Below, piece by piece: positions 39,130-52,637 of a stretch of 64,000 nucleotides of DNA (within the stretch, counting starts at the first letter, position 1; each line of letters starts with the position of its first letter). The stretch is from Eledone cirrhosa (lineage: Eukaryota). Below the pieces are notes generated by a model. It saw only the letters and a program-made list of their open reading frames with translations. It made no database searches and was not told the DNA's origin. The translations under genes and the position numbers were made by a program. Where the stretch lies: contig OZ024743.1 of assembly GCA_964016885.1 (NCBI GenBank), positions 159,464,001 through 159,528,000 on the forward strand, given 5' to 3'.

Positions 39130-41450
39130 TGTGATCAGAGAACTTTATCAAGAACAAACTTACAAATATCTAGGTGTTTGTGAAGGAGATGGAATCAAGC
39201 ACTCGACAATGAGGGAAAAAATAAGGAAGGAATGTTAACGGAGAGTAAGATCAATCTTAAGAACGGAGTTGAATGCAAGGATCGATGCCATAAACCCACT
39301 TGCCATACCAGTAGTAACTTACAGTTATAATGTCATCAATTGGTCAAGCACAGAGATCCGTAGTCTCGATACAAAAAATTAGAAAATGCTTAACCATGCA
39401 CGGAATGCATCACTCTAAGTCAGATAAAGATAGAATATATCTCCCTAGATATCCAGTTAGATATTGCTTTGAAAACTGCAACAATTGGATTATCTACATA
39501 TCTAAGATAGGTACATGATTGGATGATCAAACTCGTTTTGAAAGATGAAAGTATAAAAAGATCATACCTCATTACAATAGATGCATGAAGATACAGTAAT
39601 GAACTACAAATTTCAGAAGTTTCCTTTAGTGCCAGAAAAATCAAAGCAGAAAAAGCAAAGTAGTTAAAAGTAACTGCAAATAAAGAACTGCTAAGAAACT
39701 GGCTAAGAAATGGCAAGAAAAGCCTCTGTATGGAAAATATCCAGTAAGAGCTAACAATCCTGATGTTGACAACATTTTAACCCATAAGTGGTTGGTATCC
39801 TATAAAAGCATTAAAAAAGTTGAGCAAGTATAAAGACCTAGAGATAGAGATTGGAAAAATGTGGATGTTGAGAACTAAAATAATACCAGTGGTTGTATGC
39901 GCTCTAGGAATGGTACCTAAAGGCTCTAATGATTACTTAGCCCAAATCCCAGGAAACCCGTGTATAGAAGAAATACAAAAGATAGTACTAATGAGAACTG
40001 CCCATATACTAAGGAAGATTAAGTCCATATAAATACATCACAAGTGTAAACACCTAAAGATACATCTGTATGTGTATGTGTTTCTCCTTGAACATGACCT
40101 TGTTGTCATTGGTTGTGACTTTGTGATAACTCGTATGAACATAATGCCAGATAAATGAAAAACAAAATAATGATTGATGCATCAATCACAACTGACGACA
40201 CCATTTCTACCAACAAAATGGAAAACACTATCCAAATATAAAGATATAGAGATAGAAATAACCCGAATATGCATGTTGAAGACACAAACAATACCTATAA
40301 TTATAGGTGCTCTGGAAATGCTAAAAAAGCCCACAGACAGATATATAACCCAAACTCTAGGACTCACAAATGTGTATACAACATACACATAATAGCACTA
40401 CTAGACACCGCACACATATTAGGAAGAGTACTCTCAATACAATAGAACAAACACCACCAAAAATCACACTGCACATACATAACGCACACACAACTGCACT
40501 AGGTAATGCAATGATAACGCGCAAATAATAATAGTAATGATGATTATATTGATAATAATAATAATAGAAAGGGGCACAGAAACAGAATTTCAAGAACACA
40601 GAGAGTCTATAAAGGAATTGAAACAGAAAATGCAGAATAAACTTGCAGTTGTAAGACATACTAGCACAAATGATTAGAGAACCACTTCAAAAACTCCCAA
40701 ATAGAAACCAAAATAAAAAACAAATAATGCTTAACAACTATGTAACAAAACAAAATCATACAATTGGCAACTGACCTTAGTTAAATAAAATCATTTACAC
40801 ATCTGCTAGAGTAATAAAAAACAAGTTATTTACCTCCAAAAATACAAAGAAAGTCTAACTTGAGAAGTAAACCAATTTGGAGGAGTAGAATTGAAAAGGA
40901 GATTGATCTAATGAGAGGGAAATATCTTTACTCAATGAGCTAATCACTGGAAATGATATAAGATCCAGGGAGAGAAGAAGGCTAAAGAGAAAATATGGAC
41001 TGTCATATAGAGAAGTACTAATATCAACAAAGGAAACTCTGAAACAAAAAGTCCAAGTAAAAGCCCAAAGAATTCGTAGATTCGAGAAGCGAAACATCTT
41101 CTACAGGCAAAATAAGTTGTTCACATCAAATACCAAGTCATTCGATAGAGAAATAGTGGAAAATAATTATTGAAGACCTTCTTTCCAGGGAAGAAATTGA
41201 AAACTTTCGGAGAAAGATTTGGAGTGATGAGAAGTCATATTATGCTAATGTGGATTAGATTAGTCGTTTGGAAAAATGCTACACAATTTTACAAGAACAG
41301 ACATCTCGATAGGAGACTTAAGCATGGCATTCAATAAAGCTCATAAGTGGTAATCTTCTGGTAGAGACAGAGTGCTAAATGTTTGGCTTTCCTCGCTCCC
41401 GTGCACACACAAAATATTAGTGAAACTGTTCAACCGAATTATGAAAGATC
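39130..41450 (+). mobile_element. R4/Dong-like RLE-type non-LTR retrotransposon fragments
   Basis: YKYLGV..AINPLAIPVVTYS..MHHSKSDKDRIYLPR; KYKDLEIEI..IIPVVVCALG occurs twice (39820, ~40230); N-terminal RT remnants RIRRFEKR..QNKLF and AHKW*SSGRD at 40860-41450. Confidence 0.8.
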
Positions 41451-42503
41451 TTTTATTTTCATTATAGGATCTAGCTATAGCTAGGATTTCCTAATGTATC
41501 CTATACGAATGTTATTTTCTTTTAAACTCAAGATAAAGACTGATAGTATCTCAAAATGAATGAGACTGCATGTATAACACCTGCTTCAATATATTGGCTG
41601 TTAAAACTATGCAAGCCTTTCGATGGTGGTTCAGTCAACCTTACATTTATAGGAGATATTGCTTGATTGACATTTCTCAGTTGGAGGGTAGTAGCCCCAG
41701 TTAATACACTTGCAGTTAAAACAAAGTTCAGGATTGTTTATATTACTATGTCTATGTAATTTAGCTAAGTTAGATGCAGTGATGTTGCGAGTTGTGGAAT
41801 AACATATTCTAACCGTGTCTCTATTACAAATTTTATGATGTTTATATGCAAAGGGGAAATGCTTCCTAATTAATGTAAGGAAAGCTTTAGCTGCTGGTGT
41901 GGCCAGTTATATAGTTTATGGTAGATTATACAATATAATACGTATCGATCTATTTTTCTAAGTATCGCGCTAGTACTTAGTATATACTACCTTATCTAGT
42001 AATCCGCACCGTGTCAGAGATTCATTTTAATATTCGGAACGGCTGGTGAAAATATGCTCGTTAACTGATAAACGGAAACGCCTCAATGAGATAATTTTAG
42101 CCATGATTTTAGGTATGCTAGGTGGATGGTTAGATTGTTTACTAATGTAATTTAACGTATCATTGGGCTTTCAATATGGGTAGTACATTGCGTGTTACAT
42201 TGAGAAAATTTACCTCAGATATTAGCGTCCACCTAAATGGAATGGTTGAATCCCTATTCTAAAACTATCAATATCACGGGGTCCACACTGAGTCACAAAT
42301 ATCGTCATCATGATACAGATCCCCACCTATATTGGGGAATTCATACTTGAAAGAGAAAAGTAAAAATGGACCAATAACGTTTGTGACCTTAGCCGAATTG
42401 CTGGCAACAGTACGCACGTCGAAATGGGCACCATTTGATATGTTTAGCCAAATAAAATGGTCAGAATTTATCACAAAGTCACGAGCCGTTTTACATATAT
42501 GTG

Positions 42504-42534
<31 letters not shown>

Positions 42535-42542
42535 TATATATG

Positions 42543-42654
<112 letters not shown>

Positions 42655-42701
42655 TATATATATATGTATGTATATATATATGTATATATATATATGTATA
42701 C

Positions 42702-42796
<95 letters not shown>

Positions 42797-43039
42797 AATT
42801 ATTTTTCATCTTGATGTTATAGTCACTTATATGTCTGAATTACTGTCAGCTTCTTACATTAATTTCTCTATTTTCATTTATATATATAGGCAGATATCAC
42901 ACAATGCAGCCTCGACAGAAGAATACTGCTTGATTATGGCAGACAATTGATACACCCAGGTCACCATAGTGAAATACCAATATATGGAACATTACATTAT
43001 GTAATATTCTTTCCTTATTTTAATTTATATTCCTTTGAA

Positions 43040-43158
43040 GTTCCGATGAGCCGCTCTGTCTTTAACTATGTTAATTATTTTCAACTGAACCAGATCAATA
43101 ATGATATATAGTCATTTGATCCAGAAATATTATATGGAGTAGCGAAACAATTGTAAAC
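43040..43158 (+). ncRNA. HHR with a CCGAUGA core and long stem II
   Basis: gtt-CCGAUGA-gccgctctgt..atggagtagc-GAAA-CAAUUG-UA-aac; interrupted on the 3' side by a SINE. Confidence 0.65.
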
Positions 43159-43686
43159 GGACATTGCCAGTATCGGTAGAGTGTCGGACGCCATGCTTTC
43201 CAGCATAGTTACGTCCCTTTACGATCTGAGTTCAAATCCCGCCGAGGTTTACTTTGCCTTTCATCCTTACGGGGTCGATAAAATAAAGTACCAGTAATGC
43301 ACTGGGTAATTGCTGGGCTCGTGTCTAAATTAGAGTAAATTATTATTAATATTATTATTATTATTCTCTTCATTCCTTACATCAAACTAAAATATGTTGA
43401 CGTTCTTTTAATGATGTTTTCCTTGTGAAATTTGTGGTCTTGTTTTGCTTAACTAATGAATATTTCTATCTCTGCGCGCCCAAATTCTGCATGAACCCAG
43501 CCACCTACCTGCTCTCCACTGCATATTGCACATTGAGCACATGCCTTTACGCTTTGGCTTCTAACTAATTCACCAATCTCTCCTCTCCTATCTCCTTTCC
43601 TATCTCCATCTCTCACTTTAATATTGGTTACTCTTGAACTGTGTACATTTACACACACACACGCACACACGCACACACACACACAC

Positions 43687-43887
<201 letters not shown>

Positions 43888-43945
43888 CGCATGTATATAT
43901 ATACACATGTATATATATATATATGTATATATAATATATATATAT

Positions 43946-44290
43946 AATTGTTAGACTGCAAATAAATCCCCTTTTTTGTACTGTTGACCATGTTATTCTC
44001 CACTTTTTCAATTTTATATATATATATATATATATATATTTATTTGCAGTCTAACAATTGTTTCAATGATAGAGTTGTCTAAAAAATGCTGAACACTAAA
44101 AACAGTGCCACTCAATTTTAAATACGATGTTAACTCTACTAGATCATCGCAAACTGTACTCTAGATCATCGGAAACTGTACTACTAGATCATTGGAAACC
44201 CAACTCTATCAGTGGAACAATTGTTAGACTGCAAATAAATCCCCCTTTTAGTACTGTTGACCATGATATTCTCCACTTTTTCAATTTTAT
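43946..44290. mobile_element. Rearranged HHR-end cluster (plus/minus/plus)
   Basis: The 3' half occurs at 43946-44017 (+), 44038-44077 (-) and 44201-44290 (+). A triplicated ~22-bp unit at 44136-44200 carries minus-strand acagttt-CCGAUGA. Confidence 0.7.
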
Positions 44291-44465
44291 TACTCCAAGA
44301 TAAACTTCCATAGGAATACAAGTGAAATCATAAACTTGTCATCTACGTAAACCTCTTGTTGAGTCAAGCAACGCCGTATCCATAATAATAAGTATTCACA
44401 ACCTCCAATTGGATTACTTTTAACGATATTTTGTTATCCTTTAAATATATATATATATATATATA

Positions 44466-44702
44466 TAATATAAGATCAAAAGATGGTTAAAAGAGTTCCA
44501 TGCATTTTATTATGCGCATTTCAAAAACAAATATCATCATGGGATGATATATTTTTTTGAAATGCGCATAATAAAATACATGGAACTCTTTTAAGCATCT
44601 TTTGATTTTATATTATTTATACTCCAGTCCTATAAACTGTTGAGTGCTACTTAGCCGATATTTGCATTGCTTTATTGTGCTACAATAAAACTCACCTCCT
44701 AC

Positions 44703-44705
<3 letters not shown>
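44466..44705 (+). mobile_element. Mini fold-back copy of the PLE H 3' terminus
   Basis: Hairpin arms 44466-44540 / 44544-44615 plus a tail matching 49683-49775. Confidence 0.85.
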
Positions 44706-44792
<87 letters not shown>

Positions 44793-44831
44793 AAAGAAAT
44801 ATCGCTCTACATGGCTGAATACAATAAATGT

Positions 44832-45345
44832 AATCTGAGTTTTTTGAATATCAATAATAACATTCGATTCATTTGCAATTATGCAAACAAGCCTCATTTT
44901 TAAAGCCATGTCCGTAGAATGAACACTTCTTTCTTGCTCTTGTGTTGGCATGTAAATAGTACTGCAGACAATAAAGTTTCTGCGTATTACTCTTGATCAG
45001 TACAGCTGACTGTTCACCTGCCAACTGTCAGAGCTAGTGCAAACATATGCTATTTTCTAAAATATACAGTGACTGATCGGCCCGATTTGCATATTAGCCG
45101 ACTGGCTGATCAGTCAGATCTGCATATTAGATATCAACTGAACAGGTAGATTTGGATATCAGCAGACTGGCCTGTCAGTTTCCTGTGTTCGAGCGATAAA
45201 TGGCCGGCTTTGCCACATGCTTACATGCCAACACAAAAGCAAGAATGAAGGTTTCATTCTACTGACATGGCTTTAAAAATGAGGCTTGTTTGCATAATTG
45301 CAAACGAATAGAATATTATTATTAATATTCGAAAAACTCAGGTTA
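44832..45345. mobile_element. Inverted-repeat (MITE-like) element with ~125-bp arms
   Basis: 44832-44955 is the reverse complement of 45221-45345. Confidence 0.7.
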
Positions 45346-45461
45346 TATATATATGTGTGTATATATATATGTGTATGTGTGTATATATATATATATATAT
45401 GTGAGTGTGTGTATATATATATATATATTTGTGTGTGTGTATATATATATATATACATATA

Positions 45462-45493
<32 letters not shown>

Positions 45494-46011
45494 ATGTGTA
45501 TTAATGAAAATATGTATATGAATTGAATACAAATGCATGCATTCTTTGACATATGTTATATGCATTATATATGAGATGAAAAATAAATGGCGGGAAATTT
45601 GAGTGATATTATATAGGCGACGGTGAGGAAGGAAAAACGCTAGAGTGACGTATAACTTGAGTTTCACTTAACATGTCCTTCAAAGAGATTTTAGAATCTA
45701 AATGTTTCACCCTTTCAGTTTAAATTTAGTTAGAATTCACAACATGATTTTATCTCTTAAGTTGTCAGCTTTGATTCCATTCTATGATATTCTCATCTAG
45801 CAGTTTGGTAAAGGAGAAGACAAAGCAGAAAACTAAGAAATAAAATAAAGACTGAAGACAAATGCACATTGCATATTAAATGCTGAAGAAACTTTCACAA
45901 CGTTGCAAACGTTGAATGTGCTTCTCTGCGGCATTATTTTGGCGAACATTAAATGTGTCCATGTGTGAACAACCGTGGATAGGTATGTATGCAAGTATGT
46001 ATGTATACATA

Positions 46012-46051
<40 letters not shown>

Positions 46052-46122
46052 CCACCGTTGTTATAAAACTTCTTAATAAAAAAAACGGCGGGAATCTATG
46101 TTACAACCCAATATATATATAT

Positions 46123-46155
<33 letters not shown>

Positions 46156-46164
46156 AATATATAT

Positions 46165-46256
<92 letters not shown>

Positions 46257-46357
46257 TTTTATTTTCATTTGTACCCCTTCACCCCCCCTTTTTTTTCTAA
46301 ACATCTCTCCACCACTCCACACACACCCTCGGAACTCTCTTCCCACCCAATTTTCTC

Positions 46358-46410
46358 CTGAAGAAGGGCTTATGCCCGAAACGTCGTTCCCCCACCCTCA
46401 AGAACGTGAA
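46358..46410 (+). ncRNA. HHR-like motif
   Basis: CUGAAGA-a-gggc-ttat-gccc-GAAACGUC; stem I is poor. Confidence 0.6.
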
Positions 46411-46477
46411 ACGAATAAACCTTTGTTTGTACTGCCTCTCTGTTTGTTCCCTTTCCATTTTTTACTATATATATATA

Positions 46478-47075
46478 TGGTAGCTGCCAACTCGTTTTTG
46501 AGTACAGCTAATACTTTATATCCATGTAGGAGAACCCCTACCTATATGCTGAACGAGTGTGACTTTTTAGTCCAGCCAGCGACTACACCTATTATTGTCA
46601 CATAGTGCTGGGCCCATGGTACCATGTGACGACAAGTGCAGAGATATCTCCAGATATAAAGAAATGCCTGTGCTGTAAAGCTTTTATAGTGAGCAAAGGC
46701 ACTGCACAAAGCCAATCCCACTCTCTTAACCAAGATGATATTTACCAAAAAAAGAACAAGTCAACATCATTGGATACCATCAGAGTTGCAGGTGTTATAT
46801 TAGAGTTTTCCTTCTCCTAGAATTCTGCCTTGACAAAGGGTAAGGGGGTCATCTCTCCCGGTGATTTTGGATGGCCATTGACTCTTAAGAGCTCCTTTGC
46901 CCTTTGACAGGTTTTGTTTTTAGTCCTGCAGGATGGCCAAAGTCACCCTCCTCACCAAGAAACCTTGGTGGTGTTGCCAGTTTAGTCGCCAACGACTCGA
47001 CCATGAGACAAGTTGTACTGGGATACATGTTACCAGTAGCACCAACTGGTGACCTGACAGTATATCACTACTGTA
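46478..47075 (-). mobile_element. RTE-like LINE 5' end with an HDV-like ribozyme candidate (46977-47054)
   Basis: Homologous to 8890-9301 and extends further 5'. The minus strand reads ..ccagt..tggtc-ga-gtcgttggcga-ctaa-actgg. Confidence 0.55.
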
Positions 47076-47106
47076 TAAATAAATAAATAAATATATATAT
47101 ATATAT

Positions 47107-47196
<90 letters not shown>

Positions 47197-47201
<5 letters not shown>

Positions 47202-49770
47202 AACAAAAGATGGTTAAAAGAGTTCCATGTATTTTATTATGCGCATTTCAAAAACAAATATCATCATGCAAAAATATTTGTGTTTTCATCAGATAAAACA
47301 GGAAGACATGATATGAAGGTTAAAAAACACTTGTGGATAGTTCAGTTTTAAATCAACATATGAGAAGTAGTTTTAGATTGATGTGTGATATTGGGAAAAA
47401 TATTTTATTTAGAGGGGGGGAGGGTGGAAAGAATGAAAAAGAGGAGGAGATGAGAGTAAAAAGTGGAGAAGGAGGAGTATAATGAGGAAGGATGAGATAG
47501 GAGGAGAGATAGGTGATAGAGAGAGAGAGATAGCTTTTATAACTGAGAAAGATATATTGATTTACATAGAGAGGTTGAAAACCGTTGGAAGATAATGTAT
47601 AAATTAAAAGAATTTGAAAATTAACGAAGAGAAAAATAATGTAAACTTTAAATCTAACCATCCTACTAATATCAAAAATGCTATAGTCAGTAATATTGGA
47701 AAAAGAATATCTAACCTATCTTCTAATAAAAAAATCTTTGATGCTAACGCCAATTACTATAATAACGCGCTTTCTAAAGCCGGCCATCCTGATAAAATCA
47801 AATATAGTAAAGAAACAAATTCTAGAAAAGATTACAGTAGAATAATTAATCATGATCATTCCAATAACTTTAATAAAAGACCTAGATCCAAAAACATAAT
47901 CTGGTATAATGCTCCTTTCTCCATCTCTATTAATAACAATATTCCTAAATTATTCTTTAGTGCCTTAAATAAATGCTTCCCTCCCTCACATATCTATAGT
48001 AAAATATTTAACAAACACACTATAACATTTTCCTATTCTACATCCTCCAACATTATCTCTAAACACAACAATAAAATACTAAATACTAAATCTCTTTCTT
48101 CCAACACTGAATATCATAATAATAGTACTCCCGACGTCATTGTAAACCCTAGGCTAATTTCTACAAACCCAAATACAACGTCAAACACAACTTCGCTAAA
48201 TGTTCTTAATCCCATTCTAAATCAAGAAACTATTATTCCTATCGCAAATAACTTCTCCAATCCAATTCCTTCTATAGATAACACTAGGTCACTCATTAAT
48301 AATCTCTCTAATCGCAAATGCAATTGCCCTATTACTAATAAATGTCCTCTCAACAACCATTGTCTTGATAAATACTTAATTTACGAATGTAAAGTTATAA
48401 CTGACACCAGTTCCTTCACCTATTTTGGATCCACTTCCACCTCTTTTAAAGCTCGTCTTTATAACCATCATTCATCTTTTAAATACAAACTTAAAAGAAC
48501 CAACACGGCTCTCTCAGAACTCATATGGTCCTTGAAAGACAAAAACATTAAATATAGCATCTTTTGGAAGGTTCTCTATCCAAAATTTGCAATCTCTGTC
48601 TAAATGAAAAATTTACCATTATTTCTAATTTAGATTCTATAATAAATAGACGCACTGACTTGTTTTCTATCTGCTTGCATAAATTCAATAAAACATTTCA
48701 ATTCTTTATCAATTTAGAATCTTTTTTCTCAAAGGCACATATATATATATATATACACTTCTTTTAAAAATATACCCATCTTTCTACCTTATTTCAAAGG
48801 TTATTATACATTCTATAATACTTGTTACTCATTCTACATCGCTCCTATTTATCACTTCCCTTTCTTCTCTTCTTCTTTTAATGTCTAACCCCTAATCTGT
48901 ACCTTTTCTCACTCTTGCCTAACATAGAATCAATTATTACATAATACAATACATTCTTACTCTATATCACCTTGTAAAAATCCTTCGTAAACATATACAT
49001 TTTTTTGACATTAGATTATTCATCCTCAATTCATTATTCTTTTCTCCCTTTCATCTAACTCATTCATGCTCATCTCACAATATTTCGTTACTTAAATAAC
49101 CTGTTGTTCCTTTAATAATACATATCAACATTTTCTTAACATCGCACATATTATTAAACCCTTAAATATTATTCTCAATACATATTAACATTTTCTTTTT
49201 CATCGCACATATTATCAAACCCCTCAACATACAAACCTTAACTTTACATTATTTTTCTCTTCGTTAATTTTCAAATTCTTTTAATTTATACATTATCTTC
49301 CAACGGTTTTCAACCTCTCTATGGAAAACAATATATCTTTCTCAGTTATAAAAGCTATCTCTCTCTCTCTATCACCCATTTCTCCTCCTATCTAATCCTT
49401 CCTCATTATACTCCTGCCTCTCCACTTTTTACTCTCATCTCCTCCTCTTTTTCATCCTTTCCCTCTAAATAAAATATTTTTCCCAATATCACACATCAAT
49501 CTAAAACTACTTCTCATATGTTGATTTAAAACTGAACTATCCACAAGTGTTTTTTAACCTTCATATCATGTCTTCCTGTTTTATCTGATGAAAACACAAA
49601 TATTATTGCATGATGATATTTGTTTGTGAAATGCGCATAATAAAATACATGGAACTCTTTTAACCATCTTTTGTTCTTATATATTACGTATACTCCAGTC
49701 CTACAAACTGTAGAGTGCTTCTTATCCGATATCTGCATTGCTTTATTGTACTACAATAAAACTCACCTCC

Positions 49771-49775
<5 letters not shown>
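47197..49775 (+). mobile_element. PLE H, 5'-truncated with an inverted pLTR (47197-47645 matches 49243-49682); HHRs at 47229-47300 (-) and 49577-49648 (+)
   Basis: ORF contains SNHP, CNC..CPLNNHC, YFGSTSTSFKARLYNH and CNLC..CLH. HHR: ttttat-CUGAUGA-..-GAAA-UGCGCA-UA-ataaaa. Confidence 0.92.
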
Positions 49776-49835
<60 letters not shown>

Positions 49836-50028
49836 CGGAATCAACAACACACATGTAACAATAAATCTTACCTCACATTGCCGAAAGAAACATATAATGA
49901 AACTAAGAGTTGTTATATGAAATCGAATATTCAACTACTGAAATGTGGGTGTACACAAACATCTAAATATACTGAAATGAACAATACATATGTATAGGAT
50001 TTTAGAATAATATATTTCTTAAAATGGT

Positions 50029-50248
<220 letters not shown>

Positions 50249-51223
50249 TATATGCTTACTCTTGTATGTGTACCTACAGACTGACTGACGCCTAGGGCCG
50301 GGCCTCAGTCACACAAGCACATGTGTATGTATTTGCACTGATATCAATATGGGAGTGGAGATTGTTTGTTATTAATCATCAGTTACCGTTATTTTCATCG
50401 TTCTATACACACTTATGAAATACTGACCAGTAAAGAAACATTCTTGCCAGATTCGATAAGAAACGAAACAGACTATGTCGCATTTTTGTATTGTGTATAT
50501 TTTATGTATGTGTATATATGCATGTATGTATGTATGTATGTATGTATGTATGTATGTATTTTTTTTATTTATTTTTATTTTCTTTTTATTTATTTATTAT
50601 TAACATTATTATTATTATTATTATTATTGTTTTTTTTTCTTTCTCCTCGTGCAATGGCCATACACGATAACGAGGGGCAGCCATCATGTATGTATGTATG
50701 TATGTATGTATGTATGTATGTATGTATGTATGTATGTATGTATGTATGTATGTATGCATGTATATGTGTATGTATGTATGTATGTATGTATGTCTATATG
50801 TATGTGTGTATGTATATATATATATGTGTGTATATATATATATATATGTATGTATGTGTGTATGTATGTGTGTATTCATGTATGTGTGTATGTATATATG
50901 TATGTAGGTGTGTGTGTATGTATGTATGTGTTTGCATGTATGCGTGTGTGTGTATGCATGTGTATATATGTATGTGTGTGTGTGTATGTATGTATGTATG
51001 CATGTATGTGTGTGTGTATGTATGTATATATGTGTGTGTACGTATGTGTGAGTTTATGTTTGGGTGTATGTGTTTGAAATATGTGATTGTTGATGCATGT
51101 GTGTTTATATGTCTGTGTATAGTTGTGTGCATACTTTATTACTTTTACTTTGAGTATTGTATATTGTTTTAATAATTGTTTGACATATTGGTTAGTTAAA
51201 TCATGTCAGACAGTTGCAGTATA

Positions 51224-51308
<85 letters not shown>

Positions 51309-51377
51309 CGTGCGTGTGTGTGTTATATATATATATATGTGTGGGCAGAGAGAGAGAAAGAGAGAGAGAGAGGGAGA

Positions 51378-51455
<78 letters not shown>

Positions 51456-52296
51456 GAGAGAGAGAGAGAGTGATACATTACTTGCATATTTACAAAGCCT
51501 GGTACATTTGGACGGTTGCCATGTCTGTGCATTTCACCAGTGTATGTAAGAAACGTAAGTCAAAATCAACTGCAAGTTTTTGAATTGATATTTGAAACCG
51601 CTTCGACATCACCTCTAGCGTTTGACGCTTCATTCCTTTCATTTTTCCAAGTACATGAATGGCGTTTTTTATTGTAAGATAAAGGTACTGTGTCTTGCCT
51701 TTATTTTACTTCTTTTAGTTTCGTAAATTTAAATTTTGTTTACCAATTAAAGTTTTATTTACATATAATTTTGTTTTTTCTGCTTTAAATCCACACTTCC
51801 CTATTTGTTGTTGAAGTGCAAATCCTTCTGATCGACATTAGTGTATTTTTGTTATTTAGTTTCAAATTCACATAGAGTGGCAGACGTATGTAAAAAGATG
51901 TTACATCGTTAACTTTCGTATTATCAAATATCTAGGACAACTTTTGTCTAAAGCAGATTTTATTTCGTTGTTATTTCTAGCATGTTGAGCGATTGTGTTG
52001 GTTTGTAGATCTTAATTTATTAATGTTATTAATGTTAATAGTGGTAGAGATATTTGAATTTCGCCATCAGGACTTAGCCAGAAATATAATCTATCGACTT
52101 TGAAACGATGAAAGGAAAAGTTGATCTTAAAAAAATTTGAACTCAGAATGTCAACGTCGAAGCTGCACACTATAAACGACTTTCTATTGATTCTGCCAAC
52201 ATGTCATAATATTTTCTAAAATAGGGATATGTCTACTAATTTTGGAAGTAGGAAGCAGTCTTTGCTAGTCCGGTAGATACCCTATAGACCATAGAA

Positions 52297-52637
52297 TAGC
52301 GGTTCTCAAAGTGGGCGCTACTGCACGCCCCCGAGGGCGTTGAGGAGGTCAGGAGAGGGGGATGCTGGGGCCTAAGGGAGCAGTAGAGATGATATAATAG
52401 TATATTAAATATCAAACGATACATATTATATATAAATATAGTAAAATAATAAAATAATAATATTTATTTATACATAGTATGTATTATTATATTATGTATT
52501 ATATATCATTTAACGATTTTATGTATTATATATTATTTTCAATTTACGTGTAGGCAGGTCTCTCTGGAAATGGTGAGCGCTGAGTATATTACTTGGCCAT
52601 TAGGATGGCGGTGGCCCCAAATGTTTGAGATTCTCTG
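52297..52637. mobile_element. Non-autonomous hAT (Charlie-like) MITE
   Basis: TIRs tagcggttctcaaa / tttgagattctctg; imperfect 8-bp TSD ccatagaa / cactagaa. Confidence 0.65.

Noticed and set aside
47614-47645. Apparent N-terminus MKINEEKNNV of the 329-aa ORF (likewise MYVRGIG of ORF 1003-1929)
   Set aside because: Derived from inverted sequence across the inversion junction.
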